DNA of 64,000 nt, from contig CAWCVB010000005.1 in NCBI GenBank assembly GCA_963798915.1, positions 377,291-441,290 of the forward strand. The letters run 5' to 3'. Made by a program: the position numbers and the translations under genes. Each line of letters begins with the position of its first letter. Position 1 is the first letter of the stretch. Positions 31,989 to 44,473 of the stretch are shown piece by piece. This stretch comes from an uncultured Gemmatimonadales bacterium (GTDB lineage Bacteria; Gemmatimonadota; Gemmatimonadetes; Gemmatimonadales; GWC2-71-9). Below the pieces are notes generated by a model. The model worked only from the letters and a program-made list of their open reading frames with translations, had not been told where the DNA came from and searched no databases.

Positions 31989-33351
31989 CCTTCCGGCGGC
32001 GGATCATGACCCCGGTGAGCCGCTCGGCGATGCGGGGAGCCTCGGCCGCCGGCAGCTCGACCAGCGAAAAGCTGTCCCGAAGCTCGATCTTCCCGATCCA
32101 GCCACGATCCACGCCCAGTTCCTTCACGAGTACCGCGACCAGGTCGGCCGGCGTTGCGTTGTCACGCTGGCCGAGACTGACCCACACCCGGGCCGTGGCC
32201 GGTTCGGAAGCGGTCGGCCGTTCGCCGCCCGAGGGCCTGACCAGCCGGCTTTCCCACAGCGCATAGAGCGCCGCCGCCACCTGGGTGGCGTCGAATCGCT
32301 CGAAGAGCGGCGCAAGCAGCAGCGCTTCGCTCTCGAGCGAACGCTCCTCCAGCGCCTGTTGGATTTCGGCGCGGCGGCTGGCAGCGTGCGTGCCGGCGTC
32401 ATCGACGAATCCGGGCAGCCGCAGCGGCCGGACCAGGCTGCCCAGCTTGCCCGGCCAGCGTTCGGTTCCCGGTGGCACGATCATCACGACCTCGGCGACG
32501 TCCCTGAGGCGGGCAAACTGCTCTGGCGTCGGTGCGTCCCACGCGATGATCAGGCTGGCCGATGACGGAGGGTCGGTGACCAGGGGCGCCACCGCCTCCG
32601 GAACCACGGCGCGGAGCGTCGCCTCGTCGCCCCGGTCGGCCGCGAAGACGACCGGGTGTTCCGGGTCCAGCAGCTCGATAATCTGGGCAACTGCCAGGGC
32701 CCGGCTCCCCCAGGGCGCCGCCGCTGCCCGGATCGGACCGGATGCGGCCGTCGGCGACGTGCTCACGAGCGGACCGGCCACCATGGCCTTCCGGGCGTAG
32801 CGTTCGCCGACGTCGTCGGCCATGTCGGAGCGGGAGGTGACAATGATTCGCTGGACGTCGGCGGGCAGATCCGTCATCAGGTGCGATAAGGCGTCATCAG
32901 CCAGCCGCTCGGGCCACACCAGCATGATGGTGGTGATCGACTCCAGCTTCAGGGCGCTGCGGCGAACCAGGGCCAGGGCGGATTCCGGTGTCAACAACAG
33001 GAGTTGCAGCTGGTCGGCGCGAAGGAGGCGGAGGGCACGGGCTTCGCCCCGGGCGGCATGCCAAGTGAGCTCGCCATCGCTCGTGAATCTGGCCACCAGT
33101 GCCGACCACTCCTCGAGCGCCTCGCGCGGAGCCAGCAGCAGGGCTCGGCCGCCCGAAGCCAGGCGGCTGACGACGCCAGCAACCACCGGTGCAGCCCACG
33201 CCGGCGAGGGCGGAGCGAGATACACCAGGTTATTGCCCCGGGCCACGGTCGCCGCGCTATCGCGCACCAGTGGAAGGGTGGCATCCCAGCCGGCCCGTTC
33301 CAGCGCGGAAGCTGCCGCTCTGCCCAGATGCAGGTCCTCGAATGCTGACAC
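31918..33351 (-). CDS. Degenerate DEAD-box helicase-like protein with C-terminal DbpA RNA-binding domain
   Basis: Collinear with DeaD/CsdA (FEDLHL, LLLAPREAL, LLLTPES), but Walker A and DEAD motifs are replaced; C-terminal SLGQRD..DLV..IGKIELRDSFSLVEL. Confidence 0.8.
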   Translation of the reverse strand: MSAFEDLHLGRAAASALERAGWDATLPLVRDSAATVARGNNLVYLAPPSPAWAAPVVAGVVSRLASGGRALLLAPREALEEWSALVARFTSDGELTWHAARGEARALRLLRADQLQLLLLTPESALALVRRSALKLESITTIMLVWPERLADDALSHLMTDLPADVQRIIVTSRSDMADDVGERYARKAMVAGPLVSTSPTAASGPIRAAAAPWGSRALAVAQIIELLDPEHPVVFAADRGDEATLRAVVPEAVAPLVTDPPSSASLIIAWDAPTPEQFARLRDVAEVVMIVPPGTERWPGKLGSLVRPLRLPGFVDDAGTHAASRRAEIQQALEERSLESEALLLAPLFERFDATQVAAALYALWESRLVRPSGGERPTASEPATARVWVSLGQRDNATPADLVAVLVKELGVDRGWIGKIELRDSFSLVELPAAEAPRIAERLTGVMIRRRKVTARLDRGAERPRRPVGRGSRGP

Positions 33352-33508
33352 AGACGCCCTCAGTTCTCAAAAAGCATGACGCGACTGGCGCGGAAGGTAG
33401 CGCGGGGAGGACTCGGGGAGTAGGGCAGCGGTGCGAGTTGACATCGCCGGGTTCCGCTGGAACCTTTCTCGCGTTCACTCGCCCGGTTCCCCGACCAACA
33501 CGGAATGC

Positions 33509-34728
<1,220 letters not shown>

Positions 34729-34732
<4 letters not shown>

Positions 34733-35238
34733 GTCTTCAGGCCCATGTCGAGCCGCTCGACGGCAAGCTGCCCAGTCTGGGTTGGCGCTGGGATCCCGAG
34801 ACAGACATCCTCTCCGGCGCATTCAAGGCCGGCCGAAAGACCGGCGGACTCACCGGAACGTTGGAACTGAGCGACGACGCCGGCTCGGTGGCGGTGGTTG
34901 AGGTGAGTGATGGCATTATCTGCGGGCTGGACATGGTCGTGTGGCCGGAAGTGTCGACGCGGCCCATGCTCGCCGTTCCGCCCCAGCTGACGGACGGGAG
35001 GGTCGTCGTTGCGCGACGGCCCTCGCGGCCAGGGATCTCAGCAGTGGAGGTGGACACGACTCTCAGCATTGTCACCGACCCCAGCGAAACCGTCTTTCAT
35101 CTTCGCGTGGGCGAGGAGCGGGACGTCGAGGTGGTGCGGATTGCCGACCATCTGCATGTGGAAATCGACGGCGATGGTTACGTGGCCGGATTCTGGCTCA
35201 CCGGCGTACCTCCATTTCCGGATTTCGACGACAGCTGA
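34729..35238 (+). CDS. Hypothetical protein, apparent tandem DUF2283-like repeats
   Basis: GTGA overlap with aminotransferase; two halves WDPETDILS..DGIICGLDM and TDPSETVFHLRV..DGDGYVAGFWL. Confidence 0.7.
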
Positions 35239-35247
35239 GGACCGCTG

Positions 35248-36003
35248 CTACTTGAACTTGACCACCAGACCCGTGGTGAGTGTCCGGTCGTTCCGGAACT
35301 GCACGCCGGGTGGCGGACTGGCGTCACGGTTGAACGTGTAGGACGTCTGGAAGGCCAGCGCGTCGGTGAGCGCGACCTTGAGCGAAGTCTTTGACGTGAG
35401 CAGGTAGTCGTCCAGCTTGCCGGCCACCGGTTCCAGTTGTGACGAGTGCGTGACCGTCACGCCGGGCCGCAAAGGTGTTGCACCCCGGAACTGCAGGTTG
35501 AACCGGGTGGACGAGACGTCGGCCGCCTCAGTGCTTCCCACCGGCAGCGCGCGCGATTCGTAGTCCTGCAGCAGCGCAATCCCCACGGTAACGGAGCTGG
35601 GCCCATCCGTGATCAAGTTGAACTCGGCGCCGGCGGCCATGGACATGCGGATGTTCAGGTTGCGAATGGCGTCATGGGCCGCTGTCGCCCGCACGAACGG
35701 CGAAATCCGCCGGGCAGGCTGGAGCCGCAAGTTGAACTCGCCCTGGACGCTGGACACTGCCACATCGCCATCGCTGCGCCCATACTGGGCCGCCCCGGTA
35801 AGCGCCAGCTCGTAGTGACTATCATTCATCAAACGGGTGCCCAGCCCGGTATTGAGGAGTGAAAGCGACTTGTTGCCGGCGATATCGGTGAAGGAGAACT
35901 CGCCGTTGGCACTCCACTGCCCGCCGGGCGTGGAGTCGGGCGGCTGCACAGCCGCGAGCGTCGCGGGCAGCGTAAGGGCAAGGGCGGCAGCCCACAGGCG
36001 CAT
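35248..36003 (-). CDS. DUF481 family outer membrane beta-barrel protein
   Basis: Signal peptide at ATG 36003 with GGAGG RBS; WSANGEFSFTDIAGN start, terminal TTGLVVKFK. Confidence 0.8.
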   Translation of the reverse strand: MRLWAAALALTLPATLAAVQPPDSTPGGQWSANGEFSFTDIAGNKSLSLLNTGLGTRLMNDSHYELALTGAAQYGRSDGDVAVSSVQGEFNLRLQPARRISPFVRATAAHDAIRNLNIRMSMAAGAEFNLITDGPSSVTVGIALLQDYESRALPVGSTEAADVSSTRFNLQFRGATPLRPGVTVTHSSQLEPVAGKLDDYLLTSKTSLKVALTDALAFQTSYTFNRDASPPPGVQFRNDRTLTTGLVVKFK

Positions 36004-36069
36004 GGTATCCTCCGGCGTCTGGTCGGTGCGTGACAAGGTCACGATTTCGGGGGAGCGGTAGTCTAACAG

Positions 36070-36990
36070 ATGTTCCGTTCGCATTGCAGTCGGCTTCGCA
36101 CCTCGCTCGGCGAACTGGGGTTGGTGACCGCCAGCGCGTCGCCCGAGGCCTCGGGCCGTCTCGAGGATGCCTGCATCCGTCCCGCACGGCTGCTTGAAGC
36201 CGACGCGCCCGCCGGACGCCCGGTCGGGACGGCCGTGCCTCTGGGCGAACCGCTGGCATTCGTGGACGGGGTACAGCGGTCCGAGACCGTGGCGTATGCC
36301 GGGTCCTCGCCGCTGGTGGTGGCCGAAGTGGCGGCTGCGGTGCGGCTGCGCGATGGGCGGACGCTGCGTACGGTCGAGGAGGAGCGGCTGTTGTTCGTCG
36401 CCGGTCGTGCTGACGCGCTCGCGCTCGCCAGCCCCGCGCTCGCGGCAATGGAAGTGCTTGTCGTGGACGATCCGGGGCCGCAGCACCCGCTGCGCGATCT
36501 CGACCTCGTGCGCCGGCTGGTTGATCGGGTGCGCGGCAACCTTGAGCTGGCCGTGTACGACCGGTTCCGCCAACGACACGACTCCTGGCTGGTGGTCGAT
36601 GGCTCGCTCACGGTCAGCCCACGGCTCGCAGCCGACCCGCGGGTGGTCGGGCTCTCCAAGAGCCACTCTGCCTTGCCCTTTGAGGGTGAGGCGCTGGATC
36701 ACTACCTCCGCCTGGCCCCGGGAGCGCGGAGCAGCATGTTCATGCCGGCTGGCGAACACGCGCCAGTGGTGGCGTGGGCGCTCCGGCTGTGGCCGTTCGA
36801 GGGTCGCGACCTGCTGCACGGACTGGTCCGGGTGGAGGTCGCCCCCGCGCTGGGCATCCCGTCCGTGGCAGACCGCATCTCGCGATGGATCCTGGCCGAA
36901 CGCTCGCCGATCAGCGCGGACGGGCGCTGGGACCGGCTGCTGTACGGCATTCATTCAGTGGAACAGTATCTGAAATCGGGAGCGCGATGA
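36070..36990 (+). CDS. nurA: NurA-like nuclease
   Basis: AFVDGVQR, LVVDGSL, VVGLSKSH, terminal YGIHSVEQYL; ATGA overlap with herA. Confidence 0.78.
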   Translation: MFRSHCSRLRTSLGELGLVTASASPEASGRLEDACIRPARLLEADAPAGRPVGTAVPLGEPLAFVDGVQRSETVAYAGSSPLVVAEVAAAVRLRDGRTLRTVEEERLLFVAGRADALALASPALAAMEVLVVDDPGPQHPLRDLDLVRRLVDRVRGNLELAVYDRFRQRHDSWLVVDGSLTVSPRLAADPRVVGLSKSHSALPFEGEALDHYLRLAPGARSSMFMPAGEHAPVVAWALRLWPFEGRDLLHGLVRVEVAPALGIPSVADRISRWILAERSPISADGRWDRLLYGIHSVEQYLKSGAR

Positions 36991-38933
36991 GCGAACAGCA
37001 GAGTCCCACTGTGGTCGGCCGGGTTGTGGCTACGGAACAGAAACCCAGCACGCCACACCAGTTCTACTTCTGGGCTGCCGCCGGCGCTCCGATCGGCATC
37101 GGCGCCATTGTCCGGGTTGAATCGGATGGTCATGTGGTGCATGCCGTGGTCACTGATGGCGCGGCCTATTCTGACCTGCTCAGTGCCATGCACGAGGTGC
37201 TCGCAAGCGACGGCGACCCTGCGGCTTCGGCTCCGCCCTCATCGCGCACCGAAATCCGGCTCTACCTGGCCAGCGTGCTGAGGCATGAACCGCCGGAGCC
37301 GCTCCAGCCGGTGCCGCTGGGACCGGTCTACCTGGCAACCGACGCAGATGTGCGGATCGCGTTGCGGATGGACGGATACTGCGACGGCGCACGCGCCACG
37401 GGCGTACCGGTCGGTCTGTATTCCGGCGGCGGGCTGGAGGCGCCGGTGCTGCTGGACTCGGATTTCCTGCTCGGCCCCGAGGCCGCGCACCTGAACATTT
37501 CGGGCGTCTCAGGTCTCGCCACCAAGACCAGCGCTGCCGAGTTCCTGCTGACCAGCATCTTCCAGACATTCCCGGTACACAAAGGCTCGATCGCAGCCGT
37601 CTGCTTCAACGTCAAGGGTCCCGATCTCTGCTTCCTCGACCAGCCCGCCGAACTGGGTGACGAGGATCGCCGGCTCTATGCGCGGCTGGGCCTCTCGACC
37701 GAGCCATTCAGCCGGGTGCACTACTACGCTCCATTCAAGGGCGATAGCGTGAACCTCAATACGCTCCGCTCCCATCCGGCACTGAGTGGCGAGACCGAGC
37801 CGCTGGTGTGGGGTCTGCGCGAGATCCTGGATTTTGCCGAAGTGGTCATGAACCGGGATGACATCGATGCCAAGGCTGATGCATTCATCGACTTCCTCGG
37901 CGAGCGGGTCGTGGGCCGGACCTTCCACGACGAACTGCTCCGACGCGAGCCCTTCGAGGTCCAGACCTTTGCCGACCTGGAGGTGTTCTTCCGCGCCATC
38001 TTCGATTTTCTCGAGGCGATGGGGCGGGGTGGGGAAGTCTGGCGGACCCACCACGTCGCCACGATTCGCAAGGTACGGAACCGGCTGGGCAATATCAGTA
38101 CCCGGGCCAAGGGCCTGGTGACGGATGATGGCGTGGCCAATGACCTGCCGTGGGGTCACTTCGAGGACCGCGGGCTGTATGTGCTGGACATCGCCGGCAT
38201 CGATCCGCTGGCGCAGGACCTGGTGTTCGCACGCGTCGTCTCGCGCCTGCGCGAGCATCTCGAGCGCCGCGATCTCGGCGTCGAGCATGTGGTGGTGTTT
38301 GTCGACGAACTCAACAAGTACGCGCCCTCGGATGGGCAGGACACCTACGTCCGCAAGATGCTGCTCGACCTGTCGGAGCGGGGCCGCTACCTCGGGCTGG
38401 TCCTCTTTTCCGCGCAGCAGTTCCGCAGCCAGGTGCTGCGCCGGGTCGTGGGCAATGCCGGCACGTCGCTGTTCGGCCGGATGGACGCCGACGAGCTGGC
38501 GACGCCGGGGTATTCGACCCTGAGCGCCGCAACCCGCAGCAAGCTCGCGTCCTTGCCCAAGGGAGAGCTGATGCTGCGTCATCCCCACTTCACGCAGCCG
38601 GTCTTTGTCCGGTTCCCGCGGCCGGCGGTGCTGACCGGGCGGGAAGGCGTCACGCGATTCCCACCGGCACCCGACCTGCCGTTCGCCGACGCCGTGGCCC
38701 GTCAGCTCCGGACGCTCGACCGTTCGATCGCCAGCGATGTGGTGCGCGACCTGCTGGACGGCCACCGGGAGGACGACGTGCGGCGTGCGCTTGGCGCTAC
38801 CCGACGCGCCCGGCCCAAGGACGTGCTTGGCTACTTTCGCGCCGTACTGGGGAAGCGAGTGCAGGCCGAGACCTCGGCCGGGCGGCGCCACGTCGTTCAG
38901 TCCGTGACACTGCCTGAGGATCCATATCTGTGA
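36987..38933 (+). CDS. herA: HerA-like helicase/translocase (FtsK/HerA ATPase)
   Basis: N-terminal HAS-barrel-like region, variant Walker A HLNISGVSGLATKTS, Walker B VFVDELNKY, ERGRYLG..AQQ. Confidence 0.88.
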   Translation: MSEQQSPTVVGRVVATEQKPSTPHQFYFWAAAGAPIGIGAIVRVESDGHVVHAVVTDGAAYSDLLSAMHEVLASDGDPAASAPPSSRTEIRLYLASVLRHEPPEPLQPVPLGPVYLATDADVRIALRMDGYCDGARATGVPVGLYSGGGLEAPVLLDSDFLLGPEAAHLNISGVSGLATKTSAAEFLLTSIFQTFPVHKGSIAAVCFNVKGPDLCFLDQPAELGDEDRRLYARLGLSTEPFSRVHYYAPFKGDSVNLNTLRSHPALSGETEPLVWGLREILDFAEVVMNRDDIDAKADAFIDFLGERVVGRTFHDELLRREPFEVQTFADLEVFFRAIFDFLEAMGRGGEVWRTHHVATIRKVRNRLGNISTRAKGLVTDDGVANDLPWGHFEDRGLYVLDIAGIDPLAQDLVFARVVSRLREHLERRDLGVEHVVVFVDELNKYAPSDGQDTYVRKMLLDLSERGRYLGLVLFSAQQFRSQVLRRVVGNAGTSLFGRMDADELATPGYSTLSAATRSKLASLPKGELMLRHPHFTQPVFVRFPRPAVLTGREGVTRFPPAPDLPFADAVARQLRTLDRSIASDVVRDLLDGHREDDVRRALGATRRARPKDVLGYFRAVLGKRVQAETSAGRRHVVQSVTLPEDPYL

Positions 38934-38949
38934 CGGCGGCGGGCGCGCG

Positions 38950-40790
38950 CTAGATTCTTGGCCTCGAGCGATAGAAGCGGATTCCGCGGCGCGCCTTGGT
39001 CGCAGCATCGAGCCGTCGCTCATGTGCTTCCAGCAGGTCGCTGCGCGTGATGATTCCCACGACCGTGGTCGGCGCTGACCGGCGCACCACCGGCAACCGT
39101 CCCACTCCCTCCCGCACCATGTGATCGGCTGCGTTCCGGGCGCGTCTGGTCTTGATAGATGATGGCCGGCGGCCGATGAACCAGGGACCCGACCGTGCTG
39201 GTGGGCTCGACCGCCGAGGCGGTGATCTCCCGGCTCATTACCACGCCAAGCAGAGCTTCCGTCGGCGCGGATCACGGGAAAGCCCTGGTGGGTGCTGCCG
39301 GGTGCACCGGATGCCAGCCATTTTCGGGCCGATTCCACCGTGCGGTCCGCCTCGATCGTGCTCACCTCGGACGACGCACAGTCCCGCACCAGCACCTGCG
39401 ACAGATAGTCCGCGGTGTACTCGGTCTGCACCGGCGCACCCCGGCGCGCCAACCGCTCGGTCATGATGGTGCTGCGCATGCGAAGCAGCGACACCAGGAA
39501 CGCGCCGGTGCAGCCGGCCAGGAGTGGCAGCAGCCCCAGGGGCTGCCGGGTGGTCTCAAAGGCAAACACCACACTGGCAAGCAGGGCGCGCGATGCGCCG
39601 GCGAAGATGGCTGCCATTCCCACCAGTGCCGCCACCCGTGGATCTACGCCGGAGGCGGGGATCCATTGCTGCAGCGCGCCGCCCAGGAGGGCGCCGAGCC
39701 CGCCACCGATGGTGAACAGGGGGGCCAGGGTGCCCCCCGAGGTGCCGCTGCCCAGCGCGATGGACCAGGACACAAACTTGGCCAGCACCAGGATCAGCAG
39801 CGTGGCCCCCACGATGTTGCCACCAAGAATGCCGTGGATGTTGTCGTAGCCGACGCCCAGCGAGTGGGGCACGAAATAGCCGATGGCGCCCACCGCGATG
39901 GCGCCGATCGCGGGCCACCACATCCAGTGAATGGGCAGTTGCTCGAACCGATCTTCGACTGCATAGAGCGCCCGCGTCACCAGCACCGCGCAGTACCCAA
40001 TCGCCGCGCCGATCAGGACATAGGTGATGAGCGCGGCGTCACTGGGCTGGTCGATGATCGGCATGGCGAAGATCGGCGCGCTTCCCCGGAGGGCGATCCG
40101 CACCGCGGTGGCCGTGCATGCGGCCAGGGAAACGGGAATGAGCGAGCGGGGCCGGTATTCGAAGAGCAGCAACTCGATGGCCAGAAGCACGGCTGATACC
40201 GGCGAGCCGAACGTTGCCGCCATGCCGGCTGCCGCACCCGCCGCGAGCAGGACTTTGCGTTCGTCGGCGGTGGTCCGAAGCAACTGTCCGATCAGCGACC
40301 CCAGCGCGCCACCGGTGGCGATGATCGGTCCCTCCGCTCCGAATGGCCCCCCGGTGCCGATCGCAATGGCTGAGGATACCGGCTTGAAGAAGGTGACACC
40401 GGGAGCAATACGGCTTTCGCCATAGAGCACCCGTTCCATTGCCTCCGGGATGCCGTGCCCGCGGATGGCGGCCGAACCGAAACGGGCCATGAGACCAACA
40501 ATGATGCCGCCGAAGATGGGAATGACGAGCACCAGCAGGCCGACGGTATTGTCGGCCGGCGAGGCCTCCCCGATCGAGAGACGGTGAAAGAAGAAGAGAT
40601 TGGTCGCCAGGTTGATGAGCCGGAGCAGAATTTCGGCGGCAGCCGCGCCAGAGAAGCCAACCAGGAGCGCCAGCCCGCTCATTACCAGTATCCGGTGGCG
40701 GTCCTCGACCGGTTGCCAGGGGATACCGGCGGACCGGATGGCGGGCTCAAGCGAGGGGGCAACCGGCAGACCATCAGGCGTGGCGGGCAT
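38950..40790 (-). CDS. ClC chloride channel/antiporter with CBS domains; two apparent +1 frameshifts (~39257 and ~39139)
   Basis: GHGIPE, GAEGP, SGTSGGTLAP, GVGY; corrected C-terminus reads AADHMVREGVGRLPVV..GIITRSDLL..RPRI* (612 aa). Confidence 0.88.
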
Positions 40791-40840
40791 GCGGCGAATT
40801 TCGCGACACCGGGCCCCCAAGGGCAAGCGGGTTGTGCGGG

Positions 40841-40869
40841 TTGCCCTTCCGTCAATGCGGAACCATTCT
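40841..40869 (+). promoter_or_regulatory. Putative promoter for a leaderless mre11-rad50 transcript
   Basis: TTGCCC(40841-40846)-N17-CATTCT(40864-40869)-N7-GTG; no RBS. Confidence 0.4.
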
Positions 40870-40876
40870 CCACCCT

Positions 40877-42055
40877 GTGAGAATCGCACACATCGCCGAC
40901 CCGCATCTCGGCATCCGCCAGTACCACCGCCAGACATCCGGTGGCATTAATCAGCGCGAAGCCGATGTGGCCAACGCGTTCCGTGCTGCCGTGGACGGCG
41001 TCCTGGCCGAGCAACCCGACCTGGTACTGGTGGCGGGTGACCTGTTCCACAGTGTACGTCCTGGCAATGCCGCCATCATCTTTGCCTTCCGCCAATTCCA
41101 GCGGCTGCGAGAGGCGCTTCCGGATGTTCCGATTGTGCTGATCGCCGGGAATCATGACACGCCGCGTAGCGCCGAAACCGGGTCGATCTTCGGGCTGTTC
41201 GAGGGGCTTGGCCTCGACGTGGCCGCGAATGATGCTCGCCGGTTCGACTATCCACACCTGGATCTTTCGGTGCTCGCCGTTCCCCATCAGGCACTCCTCG
41301 CGGCCGAGCGCCCCGCCTTGCGGCCGGCTGGCTCGGCCCGGCGTCAGGTGATGGTGCTGCACGGGGACATCGAGGGGGTGATCGCCCCGGCGCCCGGCGT
41401 GCAGGAGTACGGCGGTGCCGTCGTAACCCCCGACGAACTTGGGGCGGAACGTTGGTCGTATGTCGCGCTGGGACATTATCACGTGCAGCGGGAGGTGGCG
41501 CCGCGGAGCTGGTACGCTGGATCACTTGACTATGTAAGCAGCAATCCCTGGGGCGAGCTGCGCGAAGAGGCCGCGCGGGGTGTCAGAGGCAAGGGTTGGC
41601 TGCTGGTGGATCCCGATTCCGGGACCGTCACCCCGCGTCCAGTGCCGGTGCCACGGCGGTTTTGCGACCTGGAACCCATCGCGGGCGCAGGACTCAGTTC
41701 GCAGGAACTCGATGCGCTGATTGCCAGCCGCCTGCGCTCGGTGCCCGATGGTCTCGCTGGATGTGTGCTCCGGCTGGTGGTACGCGACGTGCCACGGCAC
41801 GTGGCGAGGTCGCTCGATCAGACGACCCTGCGCTCGCTGCGAGCGGAGGCCTTGCACCTTCAACTCGACATTCGACGACCGGAAATCACCCGGCATGTCG
41901 GATTGGGCGCGCCCGGCCGGCGCCAGACGCTTCCATCGCTCGTGCAGCAGTATCTGGAGCGTCGACCGCTCCCGGCGGAACTCGACCGAAGCGAGTTCGT
42001 CACCCTGGGCGTCGAACTGGTCGAAACCGCCGAGCGGGAAATCGCGAGCGGCTGA
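40877..42055 (+). CDS. sbcD: Mre11/SbcD DNA repair nuclease
   Basis: HIADPHLG, AGDLFH, AGNHD, LHG, ALGHYH, YAGS. Confidence 0.93.
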   Translation: MRIAHIADPHLGIRQYHRQTSGGINQREADVANAFRAAVDGVLAEQPDLVLVAGDLFHSVRPGNAAIIFAFRQFQRLREALPDVPIVLIAGNHDTPRSAETGSIFGLFEGLGLDVAANDARRFDYPHLDLSVLAVPHQALLAAERPALRPAGSARRQVMVLHGDIEGVIAPAPGVQEYGGAVVTPDELGAERWSYVALGHYHVQREVAPRSWYAGSLDYVSSNPWGELREEAARGVRGKGWLLVDPDSGTVTPRPVPVPRRFCDLEPIAGAGLSSQELDALIASRLRSVPDGLAGCVLRLVVRDVPRHVARSLDQTTLRSLRAEALHLQLDIRRPEITRHVGLGAPGRRQTLPSLVQQYLERRPLPAELDRSEFVTLGVELVETAEREIASG

Positions 42056-44473
42056 TGCAGATCGAGCGACTGAAGCTGGTCAACTTCCGCCAGCATGAAC
42101 TCACCGAGCTCGACTTCGGCGCCGGCCTGACGGGGATCATCGGTCCCAACGGGGCCGGGAAGACCACGCTGCTCGAGGCCATTGCGTGGGTGATGTACGG
42201 CACCAAGGCCGCGAGAGGCAATCGGGAGTCTCTGCGGCGGCGTGGTGCGCCGCCGCGCTCCCGCGTGGAAGTGGAAATGGAGTTTGCGCTCGGCGCGCAC
42301 CACTTCCGCATCAATCGCAGCCTGAATTCGGCCGAATTGTACCAGGATGGCGCTACCTCCCCCATTGCGAACAGTATCGAAGCCGTCACCGAGACGATCA
42401 CCCGCCTGCTCGGCATGAGCCGGGACGAATTCTTCAACACCTATTTCACTGGCCAGAAGGAACTGGCCGTGATGTCTTCGATGACCGGACCGGAGCGGGC
42501 GCAATTCCTGTCCCGGGTGCTGGGCTACGAGCGGATTCGCACGGCACAGGACCGGCTCAAGGAGATGCGATCCAGCTTGCGGACCCGCCTGCGGCTGCTG
42601 GAAGAGGCGCTGGTTGGAGCGGACCAGCTCGCCGAGCGCGTGGCGCTGGACGAGCAGCGCCTCGCCCGCGCCACACAGGCCGAGGAGGAGGCAGGCGAGA
42701 AGGTGCGATTGGCGGAGACAGGGAGTCGCGGCCGTCGGCCCGGCCTGGCAGGGCGCGCAGGAAGTGCGCGAACGGTTCCTGAAACTGGATGGCGACCGGC
42801 GGGTGCTGGAGACCGACCTGGCGGCGCGACGGGAGCAGGTTGAGCGCCTGACTCGCGAGGCCGCCTCGGCCACCCTTGCCAAGGCCGAAGTCGCCGAGCT
42901 GGAGGCTCGCCTTGAGCCGCTCGCGCCGCTGCGCTCTGAGGCGGCCCACCTGGAAGCGCGTGCGCGTGCGGCCAGTCTTCGGCGTCAAGCCGTGGCCCAG
43001 CGCGATGCCTCGCTGAGCCGGCAGCAGGAAATTCTCGCGAGGCTCGCCGGATTGCCGCCCGATGATGGACATGCCGCCCTGCACGACCGCTTAGCCGCGA
43101 TCCGGGCCAAGGTGCTGGCGCTCTCGGGGCAGATCAATGACGTCCGCGCGGCATCTGTCAGGGACCGAACGGATGCCGAGGCCAAGCGCAACAGCCTGCT
43201 GGCGCAGTTCGAGGAGCTGACTGCGCAGCGAACCCGCCTCGCTGACGCCGGGGCGGAAGGCGTCTGCCCTACCTGCTCGCGGCCCCTTGGCTCGGAATTC
43301 GAGCAGGTGCTGGGCCTGCTGGACCGGCAGATAGACGAGGTGCGCTCTAACGGGAGGTACTTCCGTGGACGCATCGAGCAATTGACTCGCGAGCCGGCTG
43401 AGCTGGCTGCCCTGGAGGCGTCGCGACAGGCGCTCGAGTCCGAGATGAACGACCTGGTCAGCGCGCAGGGACGCGCTGAGGCCGAACTGGCGGAGCGTCA
43501 GCAACTCCGGGCCGAGCAGGAACGCCTCGCTGCCCGCCTGATCGACCTGAACGCGGCAGCGGGTGGCGACGAAACGCTTTATGATCTGGCTCGCCACGAC
43601 GAGGTCAAGCGCTTGATCAGTGAGCTGGAGCCGATTGCGCTGCAGGCCGAGCGATTGCGGGCCGAAGCAGCGCGGGCTGACCAGCTGGCGTCGGAAGCCG
43701 CCCGTGCAGCCGGGGCGCTGGAGGAGCGGGAGGCGCAGCTGTCGCGGCTGCGGACCGAGCTGCGGTCCGTTCCGTTTGATGTCGATACGTTCGAGCGGCT
43801 CCGCCGGGAAGATGCCGAAGCCGCCGCGGCGCAGCGCGCCGCGGAACTGGCGCAGGTGCGCGCGCGCGGGGAGCGGGAGTCGGCTGCCGAAGCCGTCGCG
43901 GCATCACGAGGCCGGCATGCGGAGGCGATCGGGCGCCAGCGCGAGCGGGCGCTGGTGGCCTCCAGGCTGCTGTTGCATGATGAGCTGGATCGTGCACTCA
44001 CTGACTTGCGCACTGACCTGAACCAGACGTTGCGGCCGGAGCTGTCGGAACTCGCCAGTTCCTTCATTCGGGACCTCACCAACGAGCGCTATACGGAACT
44101 GGAGCTCGACGAGAACTACCTGGCTACGCTGATTGATGACGGGGAGGCAAAGCCGGTCATTTCGGGTGGCGAAGAGGACGTCGCCAACCTGGCGTTGCGG
44201 CTGGCCATCAGCCAGATGATTGCGGATCGTGCCGGCCAGCCGCTCTCGCTGCTCATCCTGGACGAGATCTTCGGCTCGCTTGACGAAGACCGCCGCTCGG
44301 CCGTGGTCGAGCTGTTGCGCGGCCTGGCCGACCGGTTCCCGCAGGTCATCCTCATTACGCACATCGAGAGCGTGCGCGAAGGCTTCGATCGGATCATCCG
44401 GGTGGGATACGATGTATCCCGCGGCGTCGCCACGGTAGTTGACGAAGCGGCGGGAGCCCCGGTTGCGGCGTGA
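42055..44473 (+). CDS. sbcC: Rad50/SbcC SMC-like ATPase; apparent +1 frameshift at 42721-42723
   Basis: GPNGAGKTT, coiled coil, Zn-hook CPTC, ISGGE, LILDEIFGSLD, ITH; 805 aa after removing one G. Confidence 0.92.

Noticed and set aside
35248..36954. 568-aa extended DUF481 ORF
   Set aside because: The real start is 36003 (RBS plus signal peptide); the extension is antisense to nurA.
37509..40937. 1142-aa ORF suggesting a giant ClC fusion
   Set aside because: Artefact of a frameshift near 39257 that runs the ClC frame into the antisense of herA.
42700..42740. Programmed frameshift or pseudogene in rad50
   Set aside because: No slippery heptamer; same +1 homopolymer pattern as the other breaks in the window.
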